A program made the position numbers and the translations under genes. Positions 28,886-39,371 of a stretch of 64,000 nt of DNA are shown here, in pieces. How positions within the stretch are numbered: the first letter of the stretch is position 1; each line of letters begins with the position of its first letter. Below the pieces are notes generated by a model that was not told the origin of the DNA, made no database searches, and saw nothing but the letters and a program-made list of their open reading frames with translations. Source of the stretch: an uncultured Gemmatimonadaceae bacterium (GTDB lineage Bacteria; Gemmatimonadota; Gemmatimonadetes; Gemmatimonadales; Gemmatimonadaceae); the NCBI GenBank assembly GCA_963817955.1, contig CAWFQK010000005.1, forward strand, positions 1 to 64,000, read 5' to 3'.

Positions 28886-29692
28886 TTACCGCACCGCGAT
28901 CGCCACGTCGGCGCGCGCCATTCCATTCGTCGTCACGTGGATCTGCTGTTCCACAGGCTGCGCGGCGCCTTCATGCCAGACCATCATCTTGTAGTTGCCG
29001 GGCGGCAGTGAATCGATCTTGAAGCTGCCGTCCTTCTCCGTGACGGCAAAGTATGGATGATCGAACACCGCGATGTAGCCGCGCGTCCACGGATGCTGGA
29101 CGCAGCGGATTTCGACAATCCCGGGCGTCTTGGCAAGTCGCTCGCTCGCCACGACCTGGCCAGAATTGAAGAAGGGCATGACCGTGAGCGTGTCGTGCGT
29201 GCCGGCGCGCAGGAAGATGAGACGGTGTATCAGCTTGTCGTCGTTGAAGACGTTGAAGGTGGTACCGACCACGGCCGCCTGCACGCGAGGATCGAGGGCG
29301 CAGTTGTCGCTCGCCAGCTCTTTCCGCTTGTCCATTGGCAGCGGTTTCCCAGTCTCGACATCAGTGATCCACACGATCGCATTTGACAACCCTTTTGGGC
29401 TGTTGGACACACCGCTCTCCGCTGTCGTCCCGCAAACGTCTTGATCGATCGTCACGGGTACTGTTGGCGGGGGCGCCATCCCCTGGAGCTTCACTGTGCC
29501 AGACACGGCACCCATCGCCGTCATGGTAACCGGACGGTAATGCGTGCCGCCAATGCTCACGGAACCAGCAGCAGAGTCGTCGATCTTCCCCGACTTGCTT
29601 GCGAGGATCGATGCGCTCCCGGCCGAAGGCCCGTCCTTCGAACAGGCGGCGAATAGGGTGCAAGCGAACAGAGCGGCGGCCACGTGCCGCAT
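28886..29692 (-). CDS. lipoprotein with cupredoxin-like / carboxypeptidase-regulatory-like domains
   Basis: FAAC lipobox; CVQHPWT...HPYFAVT...PPGNY...WHE. Confidence 0.75.
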   Translation of the reverse strand: MRHVAAALFACTLFAACSKDGPSAGSASILASKSGKIDDSAAGSVSIGGTHYRPVTMTAMGAVSGTVKLQGMAPPPTVPVTIDQDVCGTTAESGVSNSPKGLSNAIVWITDVETGKPLPMDKRKELASDNCALDPRVQAAVVGTTFNVFNDDKLIHRLIFLRAGTHDTLTVMPFFNSGQVVASERLAKTPGIVEIRCVQHPWTRGYIAVFDHPYFAVTEKDGSFKIDSLPPGNYKMMVWHEGAAQPVEQQIHVTTNGMARADVAIAVR

Positions 29693-29841
29693 GACAATTG
29701 CCGTCACAAGTCTTCCAAATGATGCGTGAACAGTCCTTGGGGCCCCCAAGGGGGGCAATTGACGCGCCACGTCCGAGACCCTTTCGCCGGTCGCCGGGTG
29801 CGGTAAACGTTGATGCTATATACTCACATCCGCGTTTCAGA

Positions 29842-30816
29842 GTGACTCGGCTTCTTGGCGCACTCGGGCTGGCTGCGCTCGCATCGTGTGCGCGGACAAC
29901 ACCGGCGCCGGTGCCGCTCGTGACGTGGGGCTTCACCGCCCCATGGGACGCGCGAAGCGACTCGAGCGTGCGTGCCCACGCCGCGCAGCTCGACGCGATC
30001 GTCACCGGTTGGATTCAGCTGGACAGCGTTACGGGTCAGCCGGCGCGGCTGTACGCCGACGATGCGACGCGTGTGGCGGCAACAGCCCGCTACGCGTTCG
30101 TCACCACCTGGCACGGACAGCGTTTTCACCCGGAAACAGTTCGGCTGCTCGCCGCGGATCCGGGAGCACTCGCGCTCGCGGCGTCGCGGGTTGGCACAAT
30201 CGTGCACGACAACGGATACCGCGGAATCGTGCTCGACTTCGAAAATCAATCTACGGCAGACTTGCCACTTACCGTGCGCGTTGCAGGCGCACTCGCCGAC
30301 AGCGCCCGGCGTCAGGGCGCGGCGGTGGTCGCCATCGCGCTCCCCGCCGCAGACACGGCGGCCTACCCTGCGCACGCCTTCATTCCGCTGGCGGATTTCG
30401 TGGTCGTCATGTTGTACGACGAACATTGGGCGACGTCGGCGCCCGGCCCCATCACGACGCCGGAGTGGGCGCGCCGGATGCTCGGCCAGCGAGTTGCCGA
30501 TGTGGGCGCCAGTCATGTCGTAGCTGCGCTGCCGCTCTACGGCTATCTCTGGCGGCCCAACCAGCCGGCCGAAGTAATCAGCTTTGACGACGCCAAGCAC
30601 GCCGCGGCGCAGGCGAACGTCGATCTGTCTCGCGATCCTGCGAGTCAATCGCTGCACGCCATTCAACCAGGCAGCTGGGAGCTGTGGATGAGCGACGCCG
30701 AGCAATGGCGTGCGCTGCTCTCCGAGGTAACGGCGCTCGGCGTCACCCACATTGCCGCCTGGCGGCTGGGACTCGAAGATCCCGCCATCTGGAGTGTGAT
30801 GAGCCGAGCGCCTTAG
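29842..30816 (+). CDS. glycoside hydrolase family 18-like lipoprotein
   Basis: LASC lipobox; GIVLDFE, MLYDEH, AWRLGLED. Confidence 0.82.
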   Translation: MTRLLGALGLAALASCARTTPAPVPLVTWGFTAPWDARSDSSVRAHAAQLDAIVTGWIQLDSVTGQPARLYADDATRVAATARYAFVTTWHGQRFHPETVRLLAADPGALALAASRVGTIVHDNGYRGIVLDFENQSTADLPLTVRVAGALADSARRQGAAVVAIALPAADTAAYPAHAFIPLADFVVVMLYDEHWATSAPGPITTPEWARRMLGQRVADVGASHVVAALPLYGYLWRPNQPAEVISFDDAKHAAAQANVDLSRDPASQSLHAIQPGSWELWMSDAEQWRALLSEVTALGVTHIAAWRLGLEDPAIWSVMSRAP

Positions 30817-30897
30817 CAGCAGGAAGCCGTACTTGTCGTGGAGCAGTGACTCGTTGACGTGACACTGCGTGTCGGCTCGCTGGCTACCCCGGCCCAG

Positions 30898-31233
30898 CTA
30901 TTCCTGGCTGGCGCTATCTGGGTCGCCACCCAGCGATTGCGGCCAGTGCCTCCGCAGTTCACCCAGCGCTTGCTGCTGGTGCCTCCGCACTTCCTCGGGC
31001 GTCCAGTGACAAATGCCCTGAACGCGCTCGGCGCCGCCAGCAGCGACCAATGACAAGAGCCCAAACAAGTAATCATCGCCGCCGACGGATGCGAGCGGGT
31101 CGCTATGCAGACGCTCAAAAATGGTCGCTATCTCTGCCTCCGCATCTGGCCGAGCGAGTACGTGGCTAAGAGCCTCGACGTATTCGGCTTCTGTGAAGCC
31201 CCACGCGCGCTGGATAACCGTCGGGTCATGCAT
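30898..31233 (-). CDS. hypothetical protein
   Basis: 111-aa ORF starting 4 bp after the peptidase stop. Confidence 0.5.
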   Translation of the reverse strand: MHDPTVIQRAWGFTEAEYVEALSHVLARPDAEAEIATIFERLHSDPLASVGGDDYLFGLLSLVAAGGAERVQGICHWTPEEVRRHQQQALGELRRHWPQSLGGDPDSASQE

Positions 31234-31237
31234 AGTA

Positions 31238-32416
31238 TTAGACGATCATCAGATCTCGCTGATAGTCGCGCGGGGTAATGACGGCTTCGCCAGGCGTGAT
31301 GTAGACGTTCACTTCGCTGCGCATACCGATGCTGCCGGCAATATAGATGCCCGGCTCGATCGAGAACGCCACGCCCGGAATGAGGAAACGCTCGTCCCGT
31401 GTCTCGAGGTTGTCGAGGTGCGGTCCTGACCCGTGCAGGTCACGCGAGTCGATGGAGTGGCCCGTGCGGTGCGTGAAGTACTGGCCGAAGCCGCGGGACT
31501 CGATCACACGGCGCGCCGCATCGTCGACGTCCGCTCCGCGCATCGGTTCGCCGGCTCGCGCCCGCGTCCGCACCAGATCGATTGCCGCGTCGCGCGCGTC
31601 GCGCACGGCATTCCAGATGTTCAATGCTTCCGGCGTCGGCTGGCCCAGCGAGGCCATCCACGTCTGGTCCGCGTAGACGCCGTTCTCCTCGTGCGCCCAC
31701 AGATCGATCAACAAGATGTCTCCGTCGCGGATCACGCGAGGGGCATCTGGCGACGGTTCGTAGTGTGGGTTCGCCGCGTTGTCGCCTGCCGACACGTTTG
31801 GACCGTGATCCGTCTTGAGGCCGGCACGACGGAACCGATCCTGAATCCAGGCCATCAGCTCGTGTTCGGCCATCGGCTCCGTGCCGCGCGACCGTTCGCC
31901 CGCCAGGCGCATGGCGTCCTGCGCAATGCTGGCGATCGCCTCCGCGGCGCGCAGATGCGACGCAATGTGCTCGGCGTTCCAACTGGCGTAGAAGTGTGTC
32001 ACCAGCTCGCCCGACGACATGACCGTCGCGCCCGCCTCACGCACCATCTCGATGACACCCGCCGGCACCCGATCGAGGTATGGCACAGCGTCGCCCGCCG
32101 AATATTCCATTGCCACGCGCTTGCCGGCCACGTGTTTGGCCAAGAGCGACTCGAGGCTCTTCCACGAGGCGTAGATCTCGCGCGGCCACGCGGACGGCCA
32201 ATGCCGCCACGGGCCGGGCTCGATGGCGTGCGAGATCGCCACTGGTGTGCCGCGCGCCGGGACGTAGGCAAAGGCGCGCCGGGTCGTCATACCGTCCAGG
32301 CGCAGCAGGCCGCCGGCGATCGGATTGAGTCCACGGAAATCGTACAACAGCCACCCATCGGCGCCCGCTTCGGTCAAGGCGCGCTGCACGTCGGAGAGTG
32401 TTTCAGGTGTGAGCAT
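31238..32416 (-). CDS. M24 family (Xaa-Pro) metallopeptidase
   Basis: LLIDLW, YADQT, HRTGH, SIEPGIY, RSE. Confidence 0.93.
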   Translation of the reverse strand: MLTPETLSDVQRALTEAGADGWLLYDFRGLNPIAGGLLRLDGMTTRRAFAYVPARGTPVAISHAIEPGPWRHWPSAWPREIYASWKSLESLLAKHVAGKRVAMEYSAGDAVPYLDRVPAGVIEMVREAGATVMSSGELVTHFYASWNAEHIASHLRAAEAIASIAQDAMRLAGERSRGTEPMAEHELMAWIQDRFRRAGLKTDHGPNVSAGDNAANPHYEPSPDAPRVIRDGDILLIDLWAHEENGVYADQTWMASLGQPTPEALNIWNAVRDARDAAIDLVRTRARAGEPMRGADVDDAARRVIESRGFGQYFTHRTGHSIDSRDLHGSGPHLDNLETRDERFLIPGVAFSIEPGIYIAGSIGMRSEVNVYITPGEAVITPRDYQRDLMIV

Positions 32417-32485
32417 GTTTGTGGCCTTCGCGAAGGTTCGGTGAAGAGAATCCGCGGGGTGAGGCGGATGGGACAGCGGGTGCTG

Positions 32486-32722
32486 TGATCAGTTGTGAGT
32501 TGTGAGTTGTGAGTATACGGGTCCTGCGCACCAGGGTGCCTGGCTTGCAGGCCACTATCGCCGGTCGGCGAGGTTCGGGTGTCCAGTTGTGAGTCGTGAG
32601 TTGTGAGTTTTTAACAACGCGCAACGCATAACTCACAACTGGCAACTCGAAACTCGCCGACCGGTGGGCCGACCGCTACGGAGCAGCCAGCGACATCCAG
32701 CCGGTCGATACCCGGAGTCCAA
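32486..32722 (-). repeat. dispersed ~230-bp hairpin element, copy C
   Basis: Reverse complement of copy A at high identity. Confidence 0.9.
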
Positions 32723-32745
32723 TCCCCGCCTCGCGCTGGGCTGCG

Positions 32746-32808
32746 CCGGTGGGCCGACCGCTACGGAGCAGCCAGCGACATCCAGCCGGTCGCGGGCCCG
32801 GAGTCCAA
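32746..32808 (-). repeat. dispersed hairpin element, partial tandem copy D
   Basis: Repeats the terminal ~60 bp of copy C. Confidence 0.88.
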
Positions 32809-32833
32809 GCCGAATCCTTCTCACCTGACCAAG

Positions 32834-33472
32834 CTAGTCCAGCCCGGCCGTTCGATCAAAGGAGCGCCAGTCGGCGCGCCATTCACAACTACCCTCGCCT
32901 CTCCCTGCACAGCGCACGTGCTCCACGGCACCGATACTGCCGATCAGGCACAGGAACAACTCGCGCAATGCCGACTCGTAGAACGTACACCCGAGCGTTC
33001 CCGGCGCGGTGCCCATCGTGATGGAACGCGGTACGTCCACCATGAGATGGCTGCCAACGCGGCGGACATTGCCGCCCAGGTAGCGGCTCGCGATCTTCCG
33101 CGCGTGACGAAACGCCAGTGGCCGCGCCATCGCCGATGGGAGCAGACGCATCATCTTGCGCGTGATCAGCGAGATCGTGCCGTAGGATTGGCGTGCCAGG
33201 TAGCGGCCGCCGCCGCGGAACACCGCCTCGGCATCGGGACGCCGGCCAATGAGCTTCGCGAGCGCGATGGCTTCATCCTGGCCCGTTCGCTGTCCTCTGC
33301 GCGCTGCTTCGGTGTGCCGCTTGATCTGCGCATAGATGGTATTGCTTAGACCCAGCCGCTTGTTGCGGAGCTCATCGACATACTCCGCATCGACCTCGTC
33401 GCTCGGTGTATCTACGTTGCGGACCGCTTCAAGGAGACTGAGCGGAAAGAGGGCGTCTACGGTGGCAAGCAT
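32834..33472 (-). CDS. V4R-domain-like protein
   Basis: C-terminal GCTFY...VEHVRCAGRGEGSCEW matches the V4R Cys pattern. Confidence 0.65.
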   Translation of the reverse strand: MLATVDALFPLSLLEAVRNVDTPSDEVDAEYVDELRNKRLGLSNTIYAQIKRHTEAARRGQRTGQDEAIALAKLIGRRPDAEAVFRGGGRYLARQSYGTISLITRKMMRLLPSAMARPLAFRHARKIASRYLGGNVRRVGSHLMVDVPRSITMGTAPGTLGCTFYESALRELFLCLIGSIGAVEHVRCAGRGEGSCEWRADWRSFDRTAGLD

Positions 33473-33538
33473 GTGCGTCATCAACAGGGCAAACAGCGAA
33501 GCTAGCTGTCCGTCGAGGCCCCTTCAAGCCAGTAGCTC

Positions 33539-34321
33539 ATGATACTCCGCGCAATTCTGGGATTTGTCCTTGCCGCAGGCGTCGCATGGATCGCGCGGCG
33601 CGCGCAGGGGTTGACCAGCCGTGGAGCCGGCGCGGCGACGCTCCTCGGTGGCGTCTCCACCGCCGCTGGCTGGGACTGGGGCCTGCTGCTCATCGTGTAT
33701 TTCGCTGCCGCGACCCTGCTCTCGCATATCGGCAAAGCGGCAAAGGGCGAGCGCACCGCCTCCATCATCGCCAAGGCCGGAGCACGCGACGCGACGCAGG
33801 TGCTGGCCAACGGCGTCCTGTTTGGCGCCGCCGCGCTGGCCATGCTCGTGCATCCCGACCTTCAGTGGTTCGCGCTCGGCGCCGGCTCGCTCGCGGCTTC
33901 AGCAGCCGACACCTGGGCCACCGAAATCGGAACACTCTGGGGCGGCGAGCCGAGATCCCTGTTGACATGGCAGGCCGTGCCCGCGGGAACTTCGGGCGGC
34001 GTCACCCTGATCGGGAGCGCGGGCGCTGTCGCGGGCGCGTCGTTCATAGCCCTTGTGGCCGTAGCATTTGGCTGGTCGCGTCCGCTCGGGTTCGCACTCG
34101 CCATAGGTGGATTGGCAGGCGCGCTGATCGATTCGCTACTCGGCGCCACCGTGCAGGCTCGGCGGTGGTGCGAGAAGTGCGAACGGGAAACGGAGCGCGA
34201 GACGCATGACTGCGGTGCGCCCACACGTTCGTTGCGCGGCCTTTGGTGGATGGACAATGATCTGGTCAACTTTGTCAGCAGTGCGGTCGGCGGGCTCCTG
34301 GCCATGCGGCTCGCTTCATAA
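33539..34321 (+). CDS. DUF92 / TMEM19 family membrane protein
   Basis: RDATQVLANG, ADTWATEIG, GTSGGVT, DSLLGATVQ, NDLVN. Confidence 0.92.
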   Translation: MILRAILGFVLAAGVAWIARRAQGLTSRGAGAATLLGGVSTAAGWDWGLLLIVYFAAATLLSHIGKAAKGERTASIIAKAGARDATQVLANGVLFGAAALAMLVHPDLQWFALGAGSLAASAADTWATEIGTLWGGEPRSLLTWQAVPAGTSGGVTLIGSAGAVAGASFIALVAVAFGWSRPLGFALAIGGLAGALIDSLLGATVQARRWCEKCERETERETHDCGAPTRSLRGLWWMDNDLVNFVSSAVGGLLAMRLAS

Positions 34322-34330
34322 TTCTCGCGC

Positions 34331-35557
34331 ATGAGAACGGCCGAAGTCCTCGTTGCGGGTGGAGGGCCGGCCGGTGCGAGTCTGGCATTCGCGTTGGCAC
34401 GTGCCGGCGTCGATGTGCACGTGCTCGATCGCGCCCACTTTCCTCGCGCCAAGCCGTGCGCGGAATTCCTGAGCCCCCAGGCCTCACGATTGCTTTCCGA
34501 CATGGGAGCACTCGACCGCGTCGAGGAATCTGGCGCTGCCGCATTGGCCGGCGTCCACGTCCGCGCGCCGAACGGTGCGATGATCAAAGGCGATTTTGTC
34601 TCGTCGCATGGATTTCGTGGGTATCGCGATCGCGGGTTGTCTGTTCGACGCGAGGTGCTCGATACCATTCTCCTCGATTGCGCGCGGGCCGCCGGTGCAC
34701 GAGTGAGCGAAGGCGTTCGCGTGACTGACGTGACGCGGGACGCAGGGCGTGCAATCGGCGTGACGGCGCTGTGCGACCAGACGACGCGGCAACTGCAGGC
34801 GCGCATCATTGTCGGAGCCGACGGTTTGCGAAGTGTCGTGGCCCGCCGCCTCGGCTTGTCGCACACACAGTGGTGGCCGCGGCGACTCGCGCTCGTGTCG
34901 CATTACGCGAACGTGCTCGACATCGGCGAGTACGGCGAAATGCACGTGGAACGCGACGGGTACGTCGGCATTGCCGATGTTGGCAACGGTTTGACGACCG
35001 TGGCGCTCGTGGTACCGGCGTCCCGCTCGCGGGAGATCGCGGGCAATAAGGAGCGGTTCCTCGAGTCGTGGCTACACTCCCATCCACACCTCGCGCCCCG
35101 CTTCGCTCGCGCGCAACGCATGACGCCGGTCATGGCGACGGGGCCGTTTGCCTCGCATAGCCGGCGAGCGTGGGCGCCGGGCGCGGCGCTCATCGGCGAT
35201 GCCGCGGACTTTTTCGATCCGTTTACCGGAGAGGGGATCTATTCCGCTCTGCGCGGAGGCGAGATGCTCGCCGAGTGTGTGCGTGAAGCGCTCGCGGCAC
35301 GAAAGCCGAAAGACGCCGATGGCGCGTTCGCCAACTATGATGCGCGCCGGCGAAAGGAATTCCGCGGAAAGTGGATAGTGGAGCGTGTGATTGGCGCGGT
35401 GGTCGGCAACCGCGCGCTCATCGATCGCGCGGCACACAATCTGTCTCGACGGAAGGATCTGTCGGACCTGCTCATTGGCGTGACGGGTGATTTCGTTCCG
35501 CCGAGCACGGTGATCGGCGCGGGCTTTCTGTGGCGGGTATTTGGAAATGCAGGGTAG
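34331..35557 (+). CDS. NAD(P)/FAD-dependent oxidoreductase (geranylgeranyl reductase-like)
   Basis: GGGPAG, FPRAKPCAE, GADG, GDAADFFDPFTGEGI. Confidence 0.9.
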   Translation: MRTAEVLVAGGGPAGASLAFALARAGVDVHVLDRAHFPRAKPCAEFLSPQASRLLSDMGALDRVEESGAAALAGVHVRAPNGAMIKGDFVSSHGFRGYRDRGLSVRREVLDTILLDCARAAGARVSEGVRVTDVTRDAGRAIGVTALCDQTTRQLQARIIVGADGLRSVVARRLGLSHTQWWPRRLALVSHYANVLDIGEYGEMHVERDGYVGIADVGNGLTTVALVVPASRSREIAGNKERFLESWLHSHPHLAPRFARAQRMTPVMATGPFASHSRRAWAPGAALIGDAADFFDPFTGEGIYSALRGGEMLAECVREALAARKPKDADGAFANYDARRRKEFRGKWIVERVIGAVVGNRALIDRAAHNLSRRKDLSDLLIGVTGDFVPPSTVIGAGFLWRVFGNAG

Positions 35558-35565
35558 CTTTCGAC

Positions 35566-36039
35566 ATGCTCGACTCCGACACTTTCCGAAGCGTCCTCGG
35601 GCGCTTCGCCTCCGGCGTCACGATCGTGACGGCGCGTGACGCGGAAGGCAGAGATCACGGCATGACGGTGAGCGCATTCTGTTCGCTCAGCCTCGAGCCG
35701 CCGCTCGTTCTGGCGTGCGTCGATCACGCGGCGTCGATGCACGGGTTGCTGACCGGGCACCCACGGATTGGCATCAACATCCTGTCGGTCGACCAGGAGG
35801 CGTATTCGCGCCGTTTTTCCAATCGCGAATCTGATCGTTTCGACGCCATCGCGTATACCCGCGGCGACAACGGGGTCGTGTTGCTCAACGACGCCCTTGC
35901 CCACCTGGAGTGTCAGGTCACTGCGCACCATGATGCAGGCGACCACACGATCTTCGTGGCCGAGGTGGAGCGTGCTCGGCCGCGAGACGGTCGGCCGCTG
36001 CTGTACTATCGGGGCGGGTACGCCCAGCTCGAACGCTGA
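35566..36039 (+). CDS. flavin reductase family protein
   Basis: FASGVTIVT, SLSLEPPLV, AGDHTIFV, PLLYYRG. Confidence 0.93.
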   Translation: MLDSDTFRSVLGRFASGVTIVTARDAEGRDHGMTVSAFCSLSLEPPLVLACVDHAASMHGLLTGHPRIGINILSVDQEAYSRRFSNRESDRFDAIAYTRGDNGVVLLNDALAHLECQVTAHHDAGDHTIFVAEVERARPRDGRPLLYYRGGYAQLER

Positions 36040-36043
36040 TTCC

Positions 36044-36739
36044 GTGTTCGCTCCTGCGCGGCGGCGTGGCACTGAATTCCTGGACGACCCGAACGTCGAT
36101 CCCGACATTCGGCGCCGGTCGATCGACGACGTGCGTCTGTCCAATCGGGTGCTTGGCGGCCGGCGTGCAGCGTTGCTGGCGCTCCGTGCGGCGGCGCGTG
36201 GCGTGGGCCCCTCATACGTGCTGCTCGACGTGGGCACCGGCTTTGCCGACATTCCGGCACGTGCGTGTAGCGAGGCAAAGCGCAGCGGCACGAACGTGAC
36301 CACGGTTGGAGTGGATGCAGCGTCGTCGCTGCTGGTGGCTGCCGGACCGCGTTTGACCCACGCCGTGTGCGCAAACGCACTGACGCTTCCCTTTCGTGAC
36401 CGGTCGGTGGATGTGGTGTTGTGCTCACAGGTGCTACACCACTTTGACCAGGCGCATGTGGAGGAGTTGCTGCGCGAGATCAATCGCGTGGCGCGGCACG
36501 CCGTGGTGGTGAGCGACTTGCGTCGGAGCTGGTTCGCAGCAATCGGATTCTGGCTGGTTTCCTTTCCATTGCGTTTTCATCGCGTGACGCGGCACGATGG
36601 CGTCGTATCGGTACTCCGCGGGTTCACGGCCACCGAACTGCGCACGCTCGTCGAGCGTGCGTGCGGCACGACACCGGTCGTGCACGGCCGCTTGGGTTTC
36701 CGACTGACGGCGTCGTGGCAGCCGAGGATAAGCTCATGA
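36044..36739 (+). CDS. class I SAM-dependent methyltransferase
   Basis: EFLDDP, LDVGTG, LHHF, DLRRS, HDGVVSV. Confidence 0.88.
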   Translation: MFAPARRRGTEFLDDPNVDPDIRRRSIDDVRLSNRVLGGRRAALLALRAAARGVGPSYVLLDVGTGFADIPARACSEAKRSGTNVTTVGVDAASSLLVAAGPRLTHAVCANALTLPFRDRSVDVVLCSQVLHHFDQAHVEELLREINRVARHAVVVSDLRRSWFAAIGFWLVSFPLRFHRVTRHDGVVSVLRGFTATELRTLVERACGTTPVVHGRLGFRLTASWQPRISS

Positions 36740-37278
36740 GCGCCCAACACGACCTGGGCCCAATGCCCAATGACCGGCGAATGACGGCGGTCGACGAACA
36801 GCTCGTCCGCGCGCCATTACCCGTGATCTTTAGTTTGGCGGCCGACGTCGAACGCTGGCCATCGCACCTCCGGCACTACCGTTTCGTTCGATTCACCAAT
36901 CGGACACGCGACGGAGGCGGGCTCGTCGAGATGTCGGCAAACCGGCCGTTCGGCCTCATTCAATGGCCGACGCGGTGGACGTCCCTGATGACTGTGACAG
37001 CGCCGGGTGGAACAACGCATCCGTCTATCCGATTCAGGCATGTAGGCGGAGTGACGACGGGCATGGACGTCGAGTGGTCGTTCCACCCCGCCACGGAGGG
37101 GACGCTCGTGCGAATCGTGCATGTGTGGAACGGGCCAGGCTGGCCGTTGATTGGTGAAGTTGCCGCACGAGGCGTGATTGGACCCGTCTTCGTGCACGGA
37201 ATCGCGTGTCGCACCCTTGCCGGGCTCGCCCACGCCGCCGAACGTTTGCCCACGGACGTATCACCGAGCGAGGTATAG
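36736..37278 (+). CDS. SRPBCC / polyketide cyclase-dehydrase family protein
   Basis: AADVERWP, GMDVEWSF pattern; ATGA-coupled to the methyltransferase. Confidence 0.82.
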   Translation: MSAQHDLGPMPNDRRMTAVDEQLVRAPLPVIFSLAADVERWPSHLRHYRFVRFTNRTRDGGGLVEMSANRPFGLIQWPTRWTSLMTVTAPGGTTHPSIRFRHVGGVTTGMDVEWSFHPATEGTLVRIVHVWNGPGWPLIGEVAARGVIGPVFVHGIACRTLAGLAHAAERLPTDVSPSEV

Positions 37279-37279
37279 A

Positions 37280-38521
37280 GTGGCTGATCGGCAACGGGTG
37301 GTGATCACGGGGATCGGGGCGATTACGCCGATCGGAATCACGCGCGAGGAATTGTGGAACGGACTCCACCGCTACCGCTCCGCAGTGCGCAGCGTGACGC
37401 GGTTCGACGCATCGATTTTCAGGAGCCGAATTGCAGCGGAGATCGACTTTGACCCGAACGATTTCCTCGAGCAACGCCGCGCGAAGCGCCTCGACCGGTT
37501 CGGTCAGTTCACGGTATCGTGTGCCCGTCTGGCGATCGAGGACGCCAGTCTCAACATGGCGGCAGAGGATCGAGAGCGTGTGGGGTCGATGATGGGAAGT
37601 GCCCTCGGTGGCGTGGGCTACGCCGAAGAGCAGTTCATGATCTTCAAGAACGAGGGGCTGAAATCCGTTTCAGCGACACTGGCGACTAACGTTTTCGCCG
37701 GCGCGGCGAGCTGCAATGTGGCAATCGAATTCGGCGCGCAGGGCCCGAACAGCACGAACGCGATGAGCTGCGCATCTGGCACGATGGCGATCGGCGAAGG
37801 GTTCCGGCAGATCCGCGACGGCTATGCCGACGTGATGATCTGCGGCGGGTCCGAGGCGCCGTTGAACCAGCTCTGCTTTGGTGCGTTCGCAATCATACGA
37901 GCGTTATCGACGCGCAACGACGCCCCGGATAAGGCATCGCGCCCATTCGACAAGACGCGTGACGGTTTTGTGATGGGCGAAGGCGCAGCGATCCTCGTCC
38001 TCGAGGAGTATGGCCGGGCGAAAGCCCGGGGCGCGCACATTTACGCCGAGATCATGGGATATTCGTTCTGCAACGACGCCTATCACATGACCGCGCCGCG
38101 GCCGGACGGATCACAGGCTGCGCGGGCCATGCGCGGCGCCCTGAAGGATGCACACATCGAGCCGCACGAAGTGGGGTACGTGAACGCACACGGCAGCAGC
38201 ACGCCGTTGAACGATTCGACGGAAACACGTTCCATTCACACCGTTTTCGGCGACCACGCGTCGTCGCTGCCCGTGAGCAGCACCAAGGCGTACTACGGCC
38301 ACGCGCTCGGAGCGTCTGGCGCAATGGAGGCGGCGATCTGCGCCCTCTCGCTGGAGCGTGGCTGGCTGCCGCCGACACTCAATCTCGAGTGTCCGGACGA
38401 GGAATGCGATCTCGACTACATCCCAGGCAAGGGCCGGGATGCGGACGTCGAGTTCATCCTGAGCAATTCATTCGGCTTTGGCGGGATCAACGCGGCGTTG
38501 GTGTTCAAGCGGCAGGGGTAA
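37280..38521 (+). CDS. fabF: beta-ketoacyl-ACP synthase II-like ketosynthase
   Basis: MSCASG, NAHGSST, GHALGASG, SNSFGFGG (Cys-His-His triad). Confidence 0.9.
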   Translation: MADRQRVVITGIGAITPIGITREELWNGLHRYRSAVRSVTRFDASIFRSRIAAEIDFDPNDFLEQRRAKRLDRFGQFTVSCARLAIEDASLNMAAEDRERVGSMMGSALGGVGYAEEQFMIFKNEGLKSVSATLATNVFAGAASCNVAIEFGAQGPNSTNAMSCASGTMAIGEGFRQIRDGYADVMICGGSEAPLNQLCFGAFAIIRALSTRNDAPDKASRPFDKTRDGFVMGEGAAILVLEEYGRAKARGAHIYAEIMGYSFCNDAYHMTAPRPDGSQAARAMRGALKDAHIEPHEVGYVNAHGSSTPLNDSTETRSIHTVFGDHASSLPVSSTKAYYGHALGASGAMEAAICALSLERGWLPPTLNLECPDEECDLDYIPGKGRDADVEFILSNSFGFGGINAALVFKRQG

Positions 38522-38645
38522 GGGGCGACCGAACAGCGACGGTCACTTTGTGCAGAGTTCCGCGACGTAGGCCCGGCAGCGTTAGTTTCCGGCAAGTTCG
38601 TCATTCTTGGTGCGGCATTCGCCACTCTTCACTCATCATATCACT

Positions 38646-39362
38646 ATGAAAGACGCCTGGCGCCATTTCGCCGCGGAGTTCATCGGGACGTTCGCACTCG
38701 TGTTCGTGGGCGGCGGCGCGATCATCACGAGTCCCCTGCTCTCCGCGCAGTCGTCGTTGATCAACATTGCGTTCGCGCACGGGTTGATCCTCGCGATAAT
38801 GATCACGGCCACCATGCGCGTATCCGGCCATTTGAATCCCGCCGTCACGATGGGATTTCTCGTCACGCGCCGGATCGAGCCGATGATGGCGGTGGTCTAC
38901 TGGATCGCGCAAATCCTGGGCGCAATCATCGCGGCATACGCGCTCAACGCGCTGTATCCGGCGAACATCGTCGAGGCAACGCGGCTCGGCGGCCAAACCA
39001 TCTCGGCCGACGTCACCATGCTCCAGGCGATCTCGCTCGAAGCCATCGCGACGTTCTTCCTGACCTTCATGGTCTTCGGCACGGCGGTCGATCCGCGCGC
39101 GCCCAAGGTTGGCGGCTTCGCGATCGGTCTCTCGCTCACGGCGGGCATCCTGGCCATTGGACCGCTCACCGGCGGGTCGTTGAACCCGGCGCGCTCGTTC
39201 GGCCCGGCGGTGGTGACGCACATCTTCGAGGGTCAGACAGCGTACTGGATTGGTCCGATGATCGGAAGCATCGTGGCCGCGCTGATCTATGAGAAGCTGT
39301 TCATGCCGCGCGAGGTTGAACCGGCCGATCACGGAACGATGCGGCCGGCCCAGCCATCGTGA
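38646..39362 (+). CDS. MIP family channel (aquaporin)
   Basis: AEFIGTF, HLNPAVT, SLNPARS. Confidence 0.95.
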   Translation: MKDAWRHFAAEFIGTFALVFVGGGAIITSPLLSAQSSLINIAFAHGLILAIMITATMRVSGHLNPAVTMGFLVTRRIEPMMAVVYWIAQILGAIIAAYALNALYPANIVEATRLGGQTISADVTMLQAISLEAIATFFLTFMVFGTAVDPRAPKVGGFAIGLSLTAGILAIGPLTGGSLNPARSFGPAVVTHIFEGQTAYWIGPMIGSIVAALIYEKLFMPREVEPADHGTMRPAQPS

Positions 39363-39371
39363 AGGCGGGGG

